The notes under the pieces: model-generated
What the model was told of the DNA's origin: nothing
Seen by the model: only the letters and a program-made list of their open reading frames with translations
Database searches by the model: none
Origin: Mustelus asterias
Lineage: Eukaryota
NCBI RefSeq assembly: GCF_964213995.1
Contig: NC_135819.1
Coordinates: 67,766,001-67,830,000 of the forward strand
Direction of reading: 5' to 3'
Length of the DNA: 64,000 bases
Translations under genes and position numbers: made by a program
Shown: one piece after another, positions 36,911-49,261 of the stretch
How the letters are laid out: each line of letters begins with the position of its first letter
How positions within the stretch are numbered: the stretch's first letter is position 1

Positions 36911-38083
36911 CTACGGGTTCTTGTTCAGAAGAGGTGAGAGATCAGCGGCAATCCCGACCCACTCCGGCAGGTAGGCTGCCTCATACTTAAACACTCTTAG
37001 GAAAGGTGAGCCAGGCAAAGTGAAGTTTGTGAGGTAGATCACCTCCCCGCCGGCAAGGTAGGCAGCCCAGAATCCAAAGGTGCCAATGGTCATTATGGTG
37101 TGGTTGCAGTGAGCAAGAATGGCAAAGTCTCTCTGTGGCTTGGATTCATTGCCATCTCCTAAGAAGTAGATATCCCCCTTGGATGCATCAATATTCTTCC
37201 GACACCAATCTAATCCATTACTCATCACTATGAAGACAACATCCTTGTACTTATTCCTAAAGTAGAACATGGCTTGCTCCAAGTAGTTTCTATCTGCAAT
37301 GACACCTTTCCATACCTTTGGCATGACATGTACGTAATCCCCTCTTCGAACATGAATGCCAACGTAAGTAATATTTTGAAGTGGTGATGTTATATTTCTT
37401 AAACACGAGTTGACCTCCTCTGTGATAAATTCGTGGAAAGAGAATTCACGAAGGATTTCTTTTCGAATGTGATGATAAAACGTCCAGGAACATGGATATC
37501 CAGAGAACCTAATGTGGTCGCCTAAGATGTTTTTATACTTTTCATCCATCCAGTCAGAAAGGTGATAGTTTTTCCAAGGAATCTTGTCCTTAATGTCTTT
37601 ATTAAGGGTGGGAAGGGTAAGCTTGAAGAGCGGAGACAGGTTGTCAGCCATTCCTGGGAAAATGTAGGCTTGTTTCCTGTTTAATCTGGCCAAAGCAAAT
37701 AATGTCGCATATTGTCCCATCAGATTACCAAACCTCCCTATTGGGGAGATAGTCCACATGCCTTTGGAAGACCTGATGGCTTTGAAAGACTCGTAGTCTT
37801 CATCCCAGAGACATTCTGAAACATTAATGGCGGTCTCCTTGCTGGTGCTGTTTGCCAAATGTTTGGAAGTATTCTGTCCAAACAATGTTAACTTATAATT
37901 TTCTTGATAATAAAACATGTAACCAAATATAATGATCAATGAAAAGGTTGAAAGGAGAAGCAATATTAGAAAGAATGAGTGCTTCCCACTCAATGGAACA
38001 GTGCAACAACCTGGCAGGTTGGTCATCTTCACAGAGTTCTTTGAAATGATCTTCTGCTGTGTCTGCAAACTCAGGCGAGACAT
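36911..38083 (-). CDS. FUT2: Galactoside alpha-1,2-fucosyltransferase (GT11; FUT1/FUT2-like), single coding exon
   Basis: 390-aa ORF; type II TM segment [23 protein letters not shown]; [13 protein letters not shown]; motif [11 protein letters not shown]; motif [13 protein letters not shown]; motif [31 protein letters not shown]; C-terminal [18 protein letters not shown]. Splice acceptor (tctttttAG) ends 11 nt upstream of the ATG. FUT1 versus FUT2 orthology is not resolvable by eye. Confidence 0.95.
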   Translation of the reverse strand: MSRLSLQTQQKIISKNSVKMTNLPGCCTVPLSGKHSFFLILLLLSTFSLIIIFGYMFYYQENYKLTLFGQNTSKHLANSTSKETAINVSECLWDEDYESFKAIRSSKGMWTISPIGRFGNLMGQYATLFALARLNRKQAYIFPGMADNLSPLFKLTLPTLNKDIKDKIPWKNYHLSDWMDEKYKNILGDHIRFSGYPCSWTFYHHIRKEILREFSFHEFITEEVNSCLRNITSPLQNITYVGIHVRRGDYVHVMPKVWKGVIADRNYLEQAMFYFRNKYKDVVFIVMSNGLDWCRKNIDASKGDIYFLGDGNESKPQRDFAILAHCNHTIMTIGTFGFWAAYLAGGEVIYLTNFTLPGSPFLRVFKYEAAYLPEWVGIAADLSPLLNKNP

Positions 38084-38293
38084 TCATCAAATTCCTAAAA
38101 AGATACAAGCAAAGAACTTATGAAATGCAACACAATGTGAGGCCAGTTCTGGAGCACCGTTACTGTTGAACAGTCATGTTCAAGTAGATGAGCAGTCCAT
38201 ATATCCAGGGCCTGCAGACAGCATTCCCGGTACTTGAGAGGCTGGTTTCCCACTCACAGGCTAGGAGAGAATGTCAGCAGCCATTAAGCGAGA

Positions 38294-38655
38294 GAATCAT
38301 AGGATCCCGACAATGCAGAAGGAGGCCATTAAGCCCATTGAGCCTGCACCGGCTCTCCGACACTGCACCTTACCCAGGTCCACACTCCACCTTATCCCAG
38401 TAAACCCATGTATTTACCCTGCCAATCCCCTTAACCTACACACCTTGGGACACTAAAGGGCAATTTAGCATGGCCAATCAACCTAATCTACACATCTTTG
38501 GACTGTGGGAGGAAACCGGAGCACCCGGAGGAAACCCACGCAGACACGGGGAGAATGTGCAAACTCCACACAGACAGTCACCCAAGGTCGGAATGGAATC
38601 TGGGTCCTTGGTGATGTGAGGCAGCAGTGCTAACCACTGTGCCACCGTGCCGCCC
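38294..38655 (-). mobile_element. V-SINE, tail type A
   Basis: Family match by eye. Confidence 0.82.
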
Positions 38656-39861
38656 ACAATATCTGCAATGTTAAACATCAGAGTGCTCTCACAGTGCAAC
38701 TGTATGTTTGGTATGAAGTGATTTCACTTTACACCAACCTGAATTTAACTGGGGCGATCCTAAGATTACAGCTCTGTGTTCCCAATGGGGGCAAAATGGG
38801 TATCAGGTCAGAACTTGCCCTTTTCCACTAAACTTAGGTGAAAATCAAGATGTAGGTTTCCTGCTGGTGGTACACTTTCCACTGCGACTGGATTTTGGGG
38901 AAAGGAGGATTATCCTTGGGGGAGGGAGTCTCACTCCGATTCCCACTATAGCCAGCTTGACCTCAGTTCTGGATTTCGGAATATTCAATAATGTGAACCT
39001 GTTCCACCATTCAGTGAGATCACGGTTGATCTGTATCTTAACTCCATTCATTTTTGCATGAAAACAGTATTTCCTAACTTCTCTCCTCAATAACTTGGTC
39101 ATCAGGTTGTGCCCCTGGGTCCTGGACACCTGCACCAGCAGAAAATATTGCTATCTACCGGATCAATTCCTTTCAAAAGCCTAAAGTCTCAATCAAATCA
39201 TCCCTGAACCATATATATCCCAGGGTATACACAGTCTAACCCTCAGAGCTTCTCAAAGAATCTGCATTGCCATCTCCCGATCAAAGGTCAGTATAGTGCA
39301 GTGCCAGGATTGTGCACAGTATTCCAGGTGTGGTGTAACCAGGACTTTGTACATCTGTCGCAAAACCCCTCCACTTTATACTGCAGCTGTCTGGTGATAA
39401 ATGTTCTGTTACATAACATTTAAACAACACTCTTCATATCCATGCTGAACTTCTGAGGGCCAATAATTCAATGGCAAGAGCCCGAATTGCTCTTTATTTT
39501 ATCAGGTTACAGAGGCCTGAGGCCTTCGGTTTGCCGACAGGACTAAGTAGCCAATGTAACTGGCCAGCACAAACGCTTTCTGAAGATTAATGCCTCCCCC
39601 TCCTCACAACATGGAGGTTATTCCCCCCCACCCCATACACAACATGCAGCCACAGTTCATTTAACTATTGGGGTAATATGTGGACAGTCCTTGCAGATTG
39701 TGACGATTGAACAGGATATTGAGCTGTTGGTGCAGTTTAAACGGGGAAATGGTTAAATATTGTTTACACGTTTACCACGTCAATCAAAAGATTGGTTGCC
39801 TAAGTGGGCCTGATTTGGTGGTCAGATAATTTAGCCACTGTTACAGCAGGCGGTGGAATTT

Positions 39862-40033
39862 TAACCCGCACATCTTTGGACTGTGGGAGGAAACCGGAAC
39901 TCCCGGAGGAAACCCACGCAGACACGGGGAGAATGTGCAAACTCCACACAGGCAGTGACCCAAGCCGGGAATTGAATCCGGATCCCTGGCGCTGTGAGGC
40001 AGCAGTGCTAACCACTGTGCCACTGTGCCGCCC
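39862..40033 (-). mobile_element. V-SINE head and core, tail missing
   Basis: A/B boxes and V-core present; ends after GATGTGCGGGTTA. Confidence 0.78.
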
Positions 40034-40969
40034 AAATGAAATAGTTGCTCTGTTTCTACCCTATCGAATCCCATTGTTGTTTTAAATACCTCAATCAGAT
40101 CACCTCCTCAACCTTCATAAATATGTTGCCCTCAGATTTTGGCTGTGATCAGCTCCGTTAACAGTGACTGGGGTCGGAGTCTGGCTCCTTCGTGCTGCAC
40201 CTGTTTCAGGATGACACTGGACAGCTTTCTCTGCCCCTGAGCCGCTAAAACAGAGGCCCCTTTAAGATGACAATCGAATCGAGACTTTCGTACCCAACTG
40301 GGTACATTTGCTTCGGATTCCCGTCTGCGCACCAAAAGAAACAGAACATAAAGAGGGACTAAAGAAAGAAAATCAGAAAAGAGTTCTTGCCTCAGAGAAA
40401 AAACAGCTGCCGTCTCCAGGATTGCTATGGCCCAGCAACGTTTCTGTGCTGGGACTGAAGTATATCCTGTTCTCAGAAGAACCGTGACATTAGTCACAAC
40501 TGTGCTCTGACAATTCCTTGCTGTTGTTCCCATGAACATATTTATTTTGTGAGCAGTGGGGTGCAGTGACCGTAGCAGGGGGTGATTGGAATAGGTGCAG
40601 TCGTGCATTGATGATTTATTTGAAGGCAGCAAAATCCGTGTGACCCATCAAGGTAAGAGTAGATGGATGTTTCTTGCATGCTGGCTGTAATGATGCAGAT
40701 TCATTCAAAACACAAAGTTATTTATTAATAAGAAAACTACAGCAATATAGAAGCCGCCTGGCTGCTCTCGGTCTCTACATCTCTTCTGACTAAGAGAGGG
40801 CTTCACCCTCTGGGGTGATTACCCACTCTGCATCCCAATTACTTCCCTCCACCACCCCCCCCCCCCCCCCCCCCGCAAACCAGATGACCCTCTTCTGCTG
40901 TGTTGTCCTTACAGAGACAATCATCACACCAGCCTCATCACCATCGGTACTTAACCATTGTTACTAAAA

Positions 40970-41339
40970 GATGCACTGTGTACTATCTACAAAATGCACT
41001 GCAGCAATTCACCAAAGATCCTTAGACAGCACCTTCCAAACCCACGACCACTTCCATCTAGAAGGACAAGGGCAGCAGATAGATGGGAACACCACCACCT
41101 GCAAGTTCCCCTCCAAATCATTCACCGTCCCGACTTGGAAATATATTGCTGTTCCTTTGCAGTCGCTGGGTCAAGATCCTGGAATTCCCTCCCTAACGGC
41201 ATTGTGGGTCAACCCACAGAACATGGACTGCAGTGATTCAGGAAGGCAGCTCACCACCACCTTCTCAAGGGCAACTAGGGATGGGCAATAAATGCTGGCC
41301 CGCCAGCGACGCCCATGTCCCACGAATGAATTTTTAAAA
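40970..41339 (+). mobile_element. LINE 3' fragment (same family as 33400-33750)
   Basis: CAGCACCTTCCAAA...GGGAACACCACCA..TGCAAGTTCCC...GCAGCTCACCACCACC shared. Confidence 0.7.
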
Positions 41340-41535
41340 ATCGATTCTCGGCCTTTTGGCTAAGGTGAAGCATCAGATCAAACCCAAGATGCAATGCTTT
41401 TTCTTGGATCCTGTTTGTCTCTCTTATGGGGACCATGAATTGGATTCACTTTAAATTGGCTTTTGAGGCAAGCAAGGAGATGGATTAAGAGTTTGCCCTG
41501 TCAACTCTGCTCATTGGCTTTGTAACTTTAAGAAT
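41340..41535 (+). mobile_element. U2 snRNA 5'-end-headed repeat (U2 fragment fused to non-U2 sequence)
   Basis: 41340-41370 ATCGATTCTCGGCCTTTTGGCTAAGGTGAAG matches vertebrate U2 nt 1-31 (ATCGCTTCTCGGCCTTTTGGCTAAGATCAAG) at 28/31; similarity then stops. Confidence 0.6.
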
Positions 41536-42133
41536 TGTTAGGGATCAGATCAGAAACTTCAACATATATTATGAAGTTAGCCTGGACCCCAACTTTTTTG
41601 ATTTTGGCATTAGTGTGAATATAAGGTGTTTCACTCCAGGTATGATTCAATTGACCCACTAGGAAGCTTTTATTAAAACAAATTTTATTTAACAACACTG
41701 TTAAAATATAACAAAAAGAATTAGCATAGCTTTTTACCAATTGAAATGCTTAAACATGACAAGATATAGTTCTTAGCAGTTAGCTATATTTATTGTTCCA
41801 ATGTAAGCAATATCCCCACAAACGTACGGCCTTCTTCAGAATCAGTTATCACAAAGAGCAGAAATGTTCCTGTGGGTGATATGTTTCCAGCTTTTTAACC
41901 CCTCTGGACAGAAAAACCTGGAAAACCCCAGGGGAAAACACTAAAATAACAACACTGCATTAGGCCAGATTAAAACAAACATTCCAGTAATTAGGACCAA
42001 TTATGATTCTGCAGTATCAACATGTAGGCTGCTGGTTATAGACAAAGTAGCGCTGATAAATAGAACTGCTAACAGCAACCCTGCACAGGAAACATGACAC
42101 AAATATATTTCTTCAAGTTACAATATCGTCACA
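41536..42133 (-). mobile_element. Solo LTR (598 bp) with 4-bp TSD GAAT
   Basis: TGTTA...TCACA termini; GAAT at 41532-41535 and 42134-42137; AATAAA on the minus strand. Confidence 0.65.
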
Positions 42134-42924
42134 GAATGGATTATTATTTTTAATTGTTATATCATTATCAGTGCTGGTTAAAGATTGAAGGAACATACAT
42201 CATTGTGCTAAACATAAGTTTCCTTGATCTTGCCAAGCAGTGAAAATCGGGCTGAAGTCCCTCAAAGGGCTCATTTGCAGTGCTGCACTTTTCAGACGTT
42301 TCCAGGGTTTTTGCTGCCTCTGCTCGGAGTACATTTGTACTCTCCCCATTCCCTGGTAAAATGGCTCAGCGGCTACCCTCAAACAATTCAAACAAGTGTC
42401 CAGGAGGAGTTAGTGAGCTGCAACCTCGATCATCAATCACAAGCTCTGAGACATGTTTTTTTAACCCATTCACATATTTTAATATCACTGAGAAGCTATT
42501 TGACTAAGTACCTTCCTCGCTTCCCAGTAAATGTTTTTGGGAGTCCAACTTTCCCCACCAGTACTCACCCCCCCACCCCCCCCCCCGCACCCCCCGGATT
42601 CTGTCCCACCCGACCCCCCAACCTACACAGACTGCTACAGCGATCATAGCTCCAGCATCCCAAGTGAATCCTGATAACTATAGTTTATATCCTGAGCATC
42701 ATTCGGTGGCTCTATAAAACCCAATGGTTCTATGATCGGGCCGACAGTTAGTCTGTTTGAACAAGGATTGCCTTGACTGCTGCCAATTTCTTGACTAATC
42801 AATTCAGATCTCATTGCCCAGTGAGTGCAACCATCCCATGATATTTGATCAAATCTTCTCTAGAAACATAGGAATAGAAGGAGGTCATTCAGTCCTTTGA
42901 GCCGGTCCTGCCACTGTTCAATAA

Positions 42925-43472
42925 CGATGGCACAGTGGTTAGCACTGCTGCCTCACAGCGCCAGGGACCTGGGTTTGATTCGTGGTTGGGTCACTGTCTG
43001 TGCAGAGTCTGCACGTTCTCCCTGCGTCAGCATGGGTTTCCTCTGGGTGCTCCGGTTTCCTCCCACAGTCCGAAAGATGTGCTGGTTAGGTGCAAAAATA
43101 GAAAATGCTGGAAGACCTCAGCAGGTCTGACAGCATCTGTGGAGAGAGAATAGAACCAAATTTTTGAGCCTGGATGGACCCTTCTTCAGAGCTAAGAGCA
43201 AAGAAAGACAAACAAAACTCTGTCGGAGAGAAGAGCTGGACTTCTTCAGGGAAGGCATTCCTGGAAGAGAAGTGGCAGTGAGTTCAACACGAAGATAAAA
43301 GTGAAATACTGCAGATGCTGGAATCTGAAACAAAAACAGAAAATGCTGGAAAATCTCAGCTGGTTAGGTGCATTGGCCGTGCTAAATTCTCCCCCAGTGT
43401 GCCGGAGTGTGGCGACTCGGGGATTTTCACAGTAACTTCATTATAGTGTTAATGTCAGCCTACTTGTGAGAC
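42925..43472 (+). mobile_element. Type-B V-SINE interrupted by a Penelope-like insertion (43095-43358)
   Basis: 14-bp TSD GCTGGTTAGGTGCA at 43081-43094 and 43359-43372. Confidence 0.82.
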
Positions 43473-46400
43473 TAGAACAGAGAAAAGTACAGTGCAGGAA
43501 CAGACCCTTCGGCCCTCCAAGCTTGTGCTGAAAATAAATAAACTAATGAATAAACTTAAAGTTAAAACTTATCTGTATCTTAGCTCTGCCTACCTGCCTT
43601 GGTTCCACGAACCTTGATACCCTTTCAGAAAAAAATGCAGTTTGGAAATTTTCAATTGGTCCCCAGAATTAACAGGTTTTTGAGGACAGAGACTCCCACT
43701 GCCCGGCTATTTGAAGCAGTCGTCCCTGATACCACAGCCCCAACTCTACTTTTAAGAATATGCTGCTAATTCCTGGTGGGCAGCATTTCATGAAGCAATT
43801 ACACAGAAGCAAAGGGGTTACTGTGTGGGTACTTCCCTCGTATCCAATGACAAGGTTGACCTGAAGTGATTTCTTACCTTGTCTAGTGCAGTTCAGACAC
43901 CTCTGTAATGTTGTTGGCAGAGGGAATGAATTGCAGAATGTAAAGTTTGTGGGGAGGATAGTTTCACCAGTGGTATTGACTTGAATCAGCACCCAATGGG
44001 GTTAATGGACAGGCTCCAATAGACAGATGGGCCTCCTTGAATTACTCTGGCTCTGATCATTTTGGATTGTAAAAGATACCTTAGTGGGTGGAGGGAGAGG
44101 TAAACGCTGTCTAACTCACCAGTGGCGTATTGTAATCCAGAGACCTAGGGTAATGGTCTAGGTCTGGTTTCAAATCCCACCACAGCAGATGGTGAAATTT
44201 GAATTCAATAAAAATCTGGAATGAAAAGTCTACTGATGACCATGAGACCATTATCGATTGTCAGAAAGACTCATCTGGTTCACCAATGTCCTTTAGAGAA
44301 GGAAATCTGCCGTTCTTACCAGGTCTGGCCTACATGTGACTCCAGACCCACAGCAATGTGGTTGACTCTTAAACGCCCTCAGGGATGGGCAAAAAATGCT
44401 TTCCAAAAAATGCTATTCCATGAACGAATATAAAAGAATATACAGGGATCATAATGTGCTAAATGGAAGGTGTTCATTCCTTTTCTCCAGCTTTCTTCTT
44501 TCATCTCATTTCAGTATCCCATGATATCTTGCCCTCTTTTAAGGTGTGTTATCAGGAAGTGAGTGCAGTCAGGCTGTTTGGACAGTCAGAGCCTCCCAGC
44601 CAATTTCTCATTCGACATACAAACCTTTCTGCCAAAAATCACTGGATGTCGATCAGGATCAGGAAACCCGGCCAGTTTTATTTCTCTTACTCCCTCCACT
44701 TCTCCCAGGAGGACTTGAGCCAATCGTACAAATATCTGTGGGACCGTATCCCACAGATCCAATCAGGGTACTACCTGGCAAGGTGCCGGGGGTGGGGAGG
44801 GGGGGGGGGGGGGTGGGGGGGGAGCTGGCACCTGTGGAATTGGACAAGGGCAAAGAGCAGGTGAGCAGAAAATGAGAAGTTTCTGGGTGAGTGTGGTGGG
44901 TGTGTGTGTGGAGGGGGTGAGGGACAACATATTCGGAGTTAGGAGGCTTCGTTGCCAACCTTGTGATCATCAGCACAATTTGCAGCAAGGAGTGTGAATA
45001 ACAATCAGATGTTTTTTGGCAGGTCACTGAAAAGTGAAGAAGTCAAAGTAAAAATATCCTGGCAAAAAGTGAGCAACTAATTGCTGTAATTGAGTGCCGT
45101 AGAGAGAGAAAGGGAGAGATGTAAGAGGAAAATCCACCAAGTCCAATGAAAGATAATGGTGACAAACTTGAGCAGCTTGCTGGATAAACCAACTGGGGTG
45201 AGGAAGAAAAGCTTCTTTCAGAGGAATGTAATCAGATCTTCCGTCTATCTCTTGCTTGGCTGAAGTTCCTGGCGCTGTGAGGCAGCAGAGCTAACCATCT
45301 TCAAAGTGGCCAAGACAAACGGTGAGCTGGGGCCTGGGCTAGGATCAGAAAATATGCTGCTTCCTCGCTTGGATGACTTCAGTGAAAAGCCCAGTGCCAA
45401 ATGGGCTACTTAGTGGCTGTACAATGAATGGGGATCTCCAGCAGTGTGTGTGGCGAGCACATATTGCAGCTAACTTAAACATCTGTAAGAGGTACTGCAC
45501 TTACTGATTGGCTGTGGAGAAAGTGCCTTTGAGGAGAGGTTCATCAAATGGTGCAGTAGACAAAAGAGGATTCTCCATCTGCTGCAGGAGGCAATAATAC
45601 AGAAGACGCAAAAGGGAAGAGAAGAAATCTTTCGGCACATTCTCACATTTAGTAGCTAATAAGCTCACTCTTTATTTAACTCAAGCAAGCCTGTTTAAAT
45701 TGGTACCTTTTAAAACCAAAAGATTGGGCAGGATAAAGTTATCTGTGAGGGAAAGGATTCTTCTTAAATTAACCTGGTTACAACCAACCGAGGGGACTGA
45801 ATAAAGAAAGGAACCAGTTCATCTCTCCTCACCCGGGGCATAACAAATTTTGTAGAATCTCGCCTGGGGACCAGTCGTAACAATGAAGATGGCTGTGACA
45901 GAGGTCATTGCATCTAACATCCCAGGGAGCTTTCAGAACAATAGCATATTTCTGCATAATGCCCCTTTACAATTCCTACCGACTCACCCTCATTGTGTTT
46001 TCTGGCATGATGTGAACATGGACCCCTGTTTTAGACCCCACTCCCTTTCCTCACTCTAAGGATTCCCTTGCTTTCAGATACCCAAGACTCCTGTCTATAA
46101 CCAGTCACTGTAGCCTCATGAGAAAGGGCGAGATTCTAAGGAAGAAGCACAATCAATTGATCTGAAAATCCCAGCCACGAGCTCAGATATTGGTACTGTT
46201 CATAGGATAGAGTGGGAATCTGCACAAAGTGAGTCTCCTGGCACTGGTGGGCTGCAACCAGACCTGGGGGCAAGGAGAGTTCATAGAATCATAGAGTTAT
46301 TCGAGAAGGAATCCATTCTGCCCATTGAGCCCAGACTGGCTCTCTGTGGGGCAATTCAGTCAATTTCCTGCCCCTGCTGTATTCCTGTTGTCCCACAAGT

Positions 46401-47422
46401 TTATTTCTCTCAAGTGTCCATCCAGTTTCATTTGGAAATCATTTATCATCTCCACCTCCACAACACTCATAGCCAACGAGTACTAACTAGATCCTTAAGT
46501 GAAATTTTGTTTTTAAAAGGAGAGACCCTGGGGGTGGGATGCATTGGGTTGGGGGACAACAAACTGGTCCGGGAAATTGTTCACAGGAAATAATTTCTGC
46601 TGAGATGATAATCAGCTCCCATTATCTCCGCATGAGATGGCAGTTAGTTTCTGTGTGGCTTTTGTGCTTCCAATGTATATTTGTCTGGAAACCCTAACCC
46701 AATTTTGCATGGTGGCAGGACAAGATAGTAGGGCTGTTGATAAAAATTTACGGGCTCATTTGTGTTTAAGTTTGTATGCCCACTCCCTGGAGGGGCAGGT
46801 CACAGACGAATTTGATTGCAGGGAACTCAGATGAGGACTTTCATGGGGTGGCATACAGGAGAATATGGATGCTGATGCTTGGTACATTAGCAGGTCTGCC
46901 AAACAGCCTGTTGTCCCTGCCAATGAGCATGAATGTGTCCAGATCCAACTTGTCAAAGGGCTTTGCCCAGGGCTTGGAGCCCATCCTTTCAGCACAGCAA
47001 TGATGGTCAACTCCCTGACAACACTTACAGACCATCTCGTGATGCAATATCCAGTGTCAGAGATCTTAGTTTCCATAGCAGCGCAGATGGAAAACCTGCC
47101 AAAATCTTATTGTGTTAGTGGAAGCTCAGGCTGAGATCGATGTTCATTCTGTGGGAGCTCAGATTGCTGCTCTGCAGAGTGGCCTCTGCATTCAGAGGGG
47201 TTTGCAAACTCTCACGGCAGCACAGCAACCTGTCCTTCAGCAGATGATTAGTATTTTTGATGCGCTATCCTTGGGGAATGGCAGTGGCTCCATGGAACAG
47301 GAACCCGCTGGCCCTTTCTCAGGGTGACACTATTCGTGCTCCCACCACTTCCAATCCATAAGTCAGCAAAACTCTTCCAAACTCACACCACAGTCCTTCC
47401 AAAGAAAGTCAAAATCAAGTCA

Positions 47423-47712
47423 CACGGTGGCACAGTGGTTAGCACTGCTGCCTCACAGCGTCAGGGTTCGATTACCAGCTTGGGTCACTGTCTGTGCGGA
47501 GTTTGTACGTTCTCCCCGTGTCTGCATGGATTTCCTCCGGGTGCTCTGGTTTTCTCCCACAGTCCAAAAGACGTGCAGGTTAGGTGAATTGGCTGTGCTA
47601 AATTCTCCCTCAGTGTACCCGAACAGGCACTGGAGTGTGGCAACTGCGGGACTTTCACAGTAACTTCATTATAGTCTGAATGTAAGCCTGCTTGTGACAC
47701 TAATAAATAAAG
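47423..47712 (+). mobile_element. V-SINE, tail type B
   Basis: Family match by eye. Confidence 0.82.
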
Positions 47713-47779
47713 TTGGATGTCAAGCCCTTTAGGTGATGCATGTTGTGAGGTGGGTCCTTTCTGCAGCTGAGTGATGTCT

Positions 47780-48380
47780 TTCTTTATTTTACTTTCCCCA
47801 CCCCCACCACTCTTTTCCCCTATTTTATCCCCCTTTTCCTTACCTCTCTCCCTCTTTGCTCCCCTTCCCCTTTTTTCTCAATTTTATCTCTCTCCCACCC
47901 ATCTCCCCCCTCCCCCATCTTCACTGTCAAAACTTACCCTCTGATTTCAGCTTCTCTGCCGTTTCATAGAAATCATAGAAACCCTACAGTACAGAAAGAG
48001 GCCATTCGGCCCATCGTGTCTGCACTGACCACAAACCCACCCAGGCCCTACCCCCATACCCCTACATTTTTTTACCCACTAATCCCCCTAACGGATTCAG
48101 GACACTAAGGGCAATTTTAGCATGGCCAATCAACCTATTTTGGCCATTGTTTGGTCATTCATGGCTTCTATTCTCTCTATGGACTGCCTTTAGCAGCCTT
48201 TCCCCTTGTTTTTGTGGCTATGACTCATCTTTCATTCCCTCACCCTGCAGTATAAATATCTCCCACTTTCTATGCCTTTTAGCTTTGACAAAGAGTCATC
48301 TGGACTCGAAACATCAGCTCTTTTTTCTCCTTACAGATGCTGCCAGACCTGCTGAGATCTTCCAGCATTTTCTCTTTTGA
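47780..48380 (+). mobile_element. Penelope-like 3' region with decayed hammerhead motif; type-A SINE tail fragment nested at about 47964-48140
   Basis: AGCT-TTGACAA-A-GAGTC(ATCTG)GACTC-GAAACATC-AGCT at 48281-48319, followed by GATGCTGCCAGACCTGCTGAG. Confidence 0.6.
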
Positions 48381-49142
48381 ATTATTTTATAAGATATGGC
48401 GTTTACTAGACAAACTTCATCTAAATTCATGAACATGCATCAAATCTGCTGAAAATGCTGATTGACTTTGCGATCCATCCACTCTGCGTTTTTCCAGCAC
48501 ATGCCCCACTAATTATCTGTCAGTCAGGATGTACCGGGTGGCCAGGTGAGTTGGGGCCACCGCTTTCCCTTTTTGGAGCTTTCGTCGAGCCATTGCTGGC
48601 AGCAAATCGATGCTCAATCTCACAGCCAGAAACCTGGAATAAAGGTGAGAGGAAGTTTGAGAGGGGCAGAGGCTGGGAGTGGAGATGAAAGGACTCTTGA
48701 GTGACAAGGTTGAGACCTGCATCTTGGTTTGTGGCCAGAGTTTGAGTGGGAGGGGCGATTGTCACTGAGCTAGCCTCAGTCATGGTCAGTGCAGGGCCTT
48801 CAGTGACTAGAGAGACCAAAACGAATGAAAAGGTTTCACATCCTCAAAACAAAATGAAATATGACACATCCCTGTAAAAATGTGTCATCAGCCTGAAGGC
48901 CTGTGAATCTTAAGGGTGCCGAGGGAATTCATCTGGGATAATGCTTCATCTGACCAGGTGCTGAGGCTGTACAACTCCCATGTGTGATTGGCAGAACCTG
49001 GAGGTGATTGGATTGTATTTATTATACTGTGGGAATGAGGCAGCAGGGAGACAAAACAACAAATAAGGAAAACACGTTAATTTACTTTAGCCAATAATTA
49101 ATAAAGGCACTTGGACTAAGATTGTAGTGGATAAGAAAGCTT

Positions 49143-49149
49143 TATAAAA
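49143..49149 (+). promoter_or_regulatory. TATA box of the CPA1-like gene
   Basis: TATAAAA 54 nt upstream of the ATG at 49197; GATAAG motif at about 49130. Confidence 0.75.
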
Positions 49150-49196
49150 TGGTCAGTGAAAGGCAGCTCTTTCAGCTAACGCGTTTCCTGTTGAAA

Positions 49197-49261
49197 ATGA
49201 GGGTGCTACTAGTCTTCTGTGCCTTTCTAGTGGCTGTTAACAGCCAGGAGACATTTATTGG
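49197..49261 (+). CDS. CPA1: Carboxypeptidase A1-like, coding exon 1 (signal peptide)
   Basis: MRVLLVFCAFLVAVNSQETFI-G, 65 nt, donor GG|GTGAGT; phase matches the exon at 53128. Confidence 0.88.

Noticed and set aside
40132-40632. 166-aa minus-strand ORF or FUT first exon
   Set aside because: Non-ATG start and no recognisable motif. The region is mildly CpG-rich and could be regulatory, but no exon could be fixed. A strong minus-strand donor at about 43877 is an equally unproven alternative.
41340-41370. Functional U2 snRNA gene
   Set aside because: Only the first 31 nt match; the branch-point recognition sequence, Sm site and 3' stems are absent.
45400-47340. Possible decayed Harbinger/Myb-SANT transposon ORF
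   Set aside because: Only a vague compositional resemblance; no motif, TIR or TSD that I can state.
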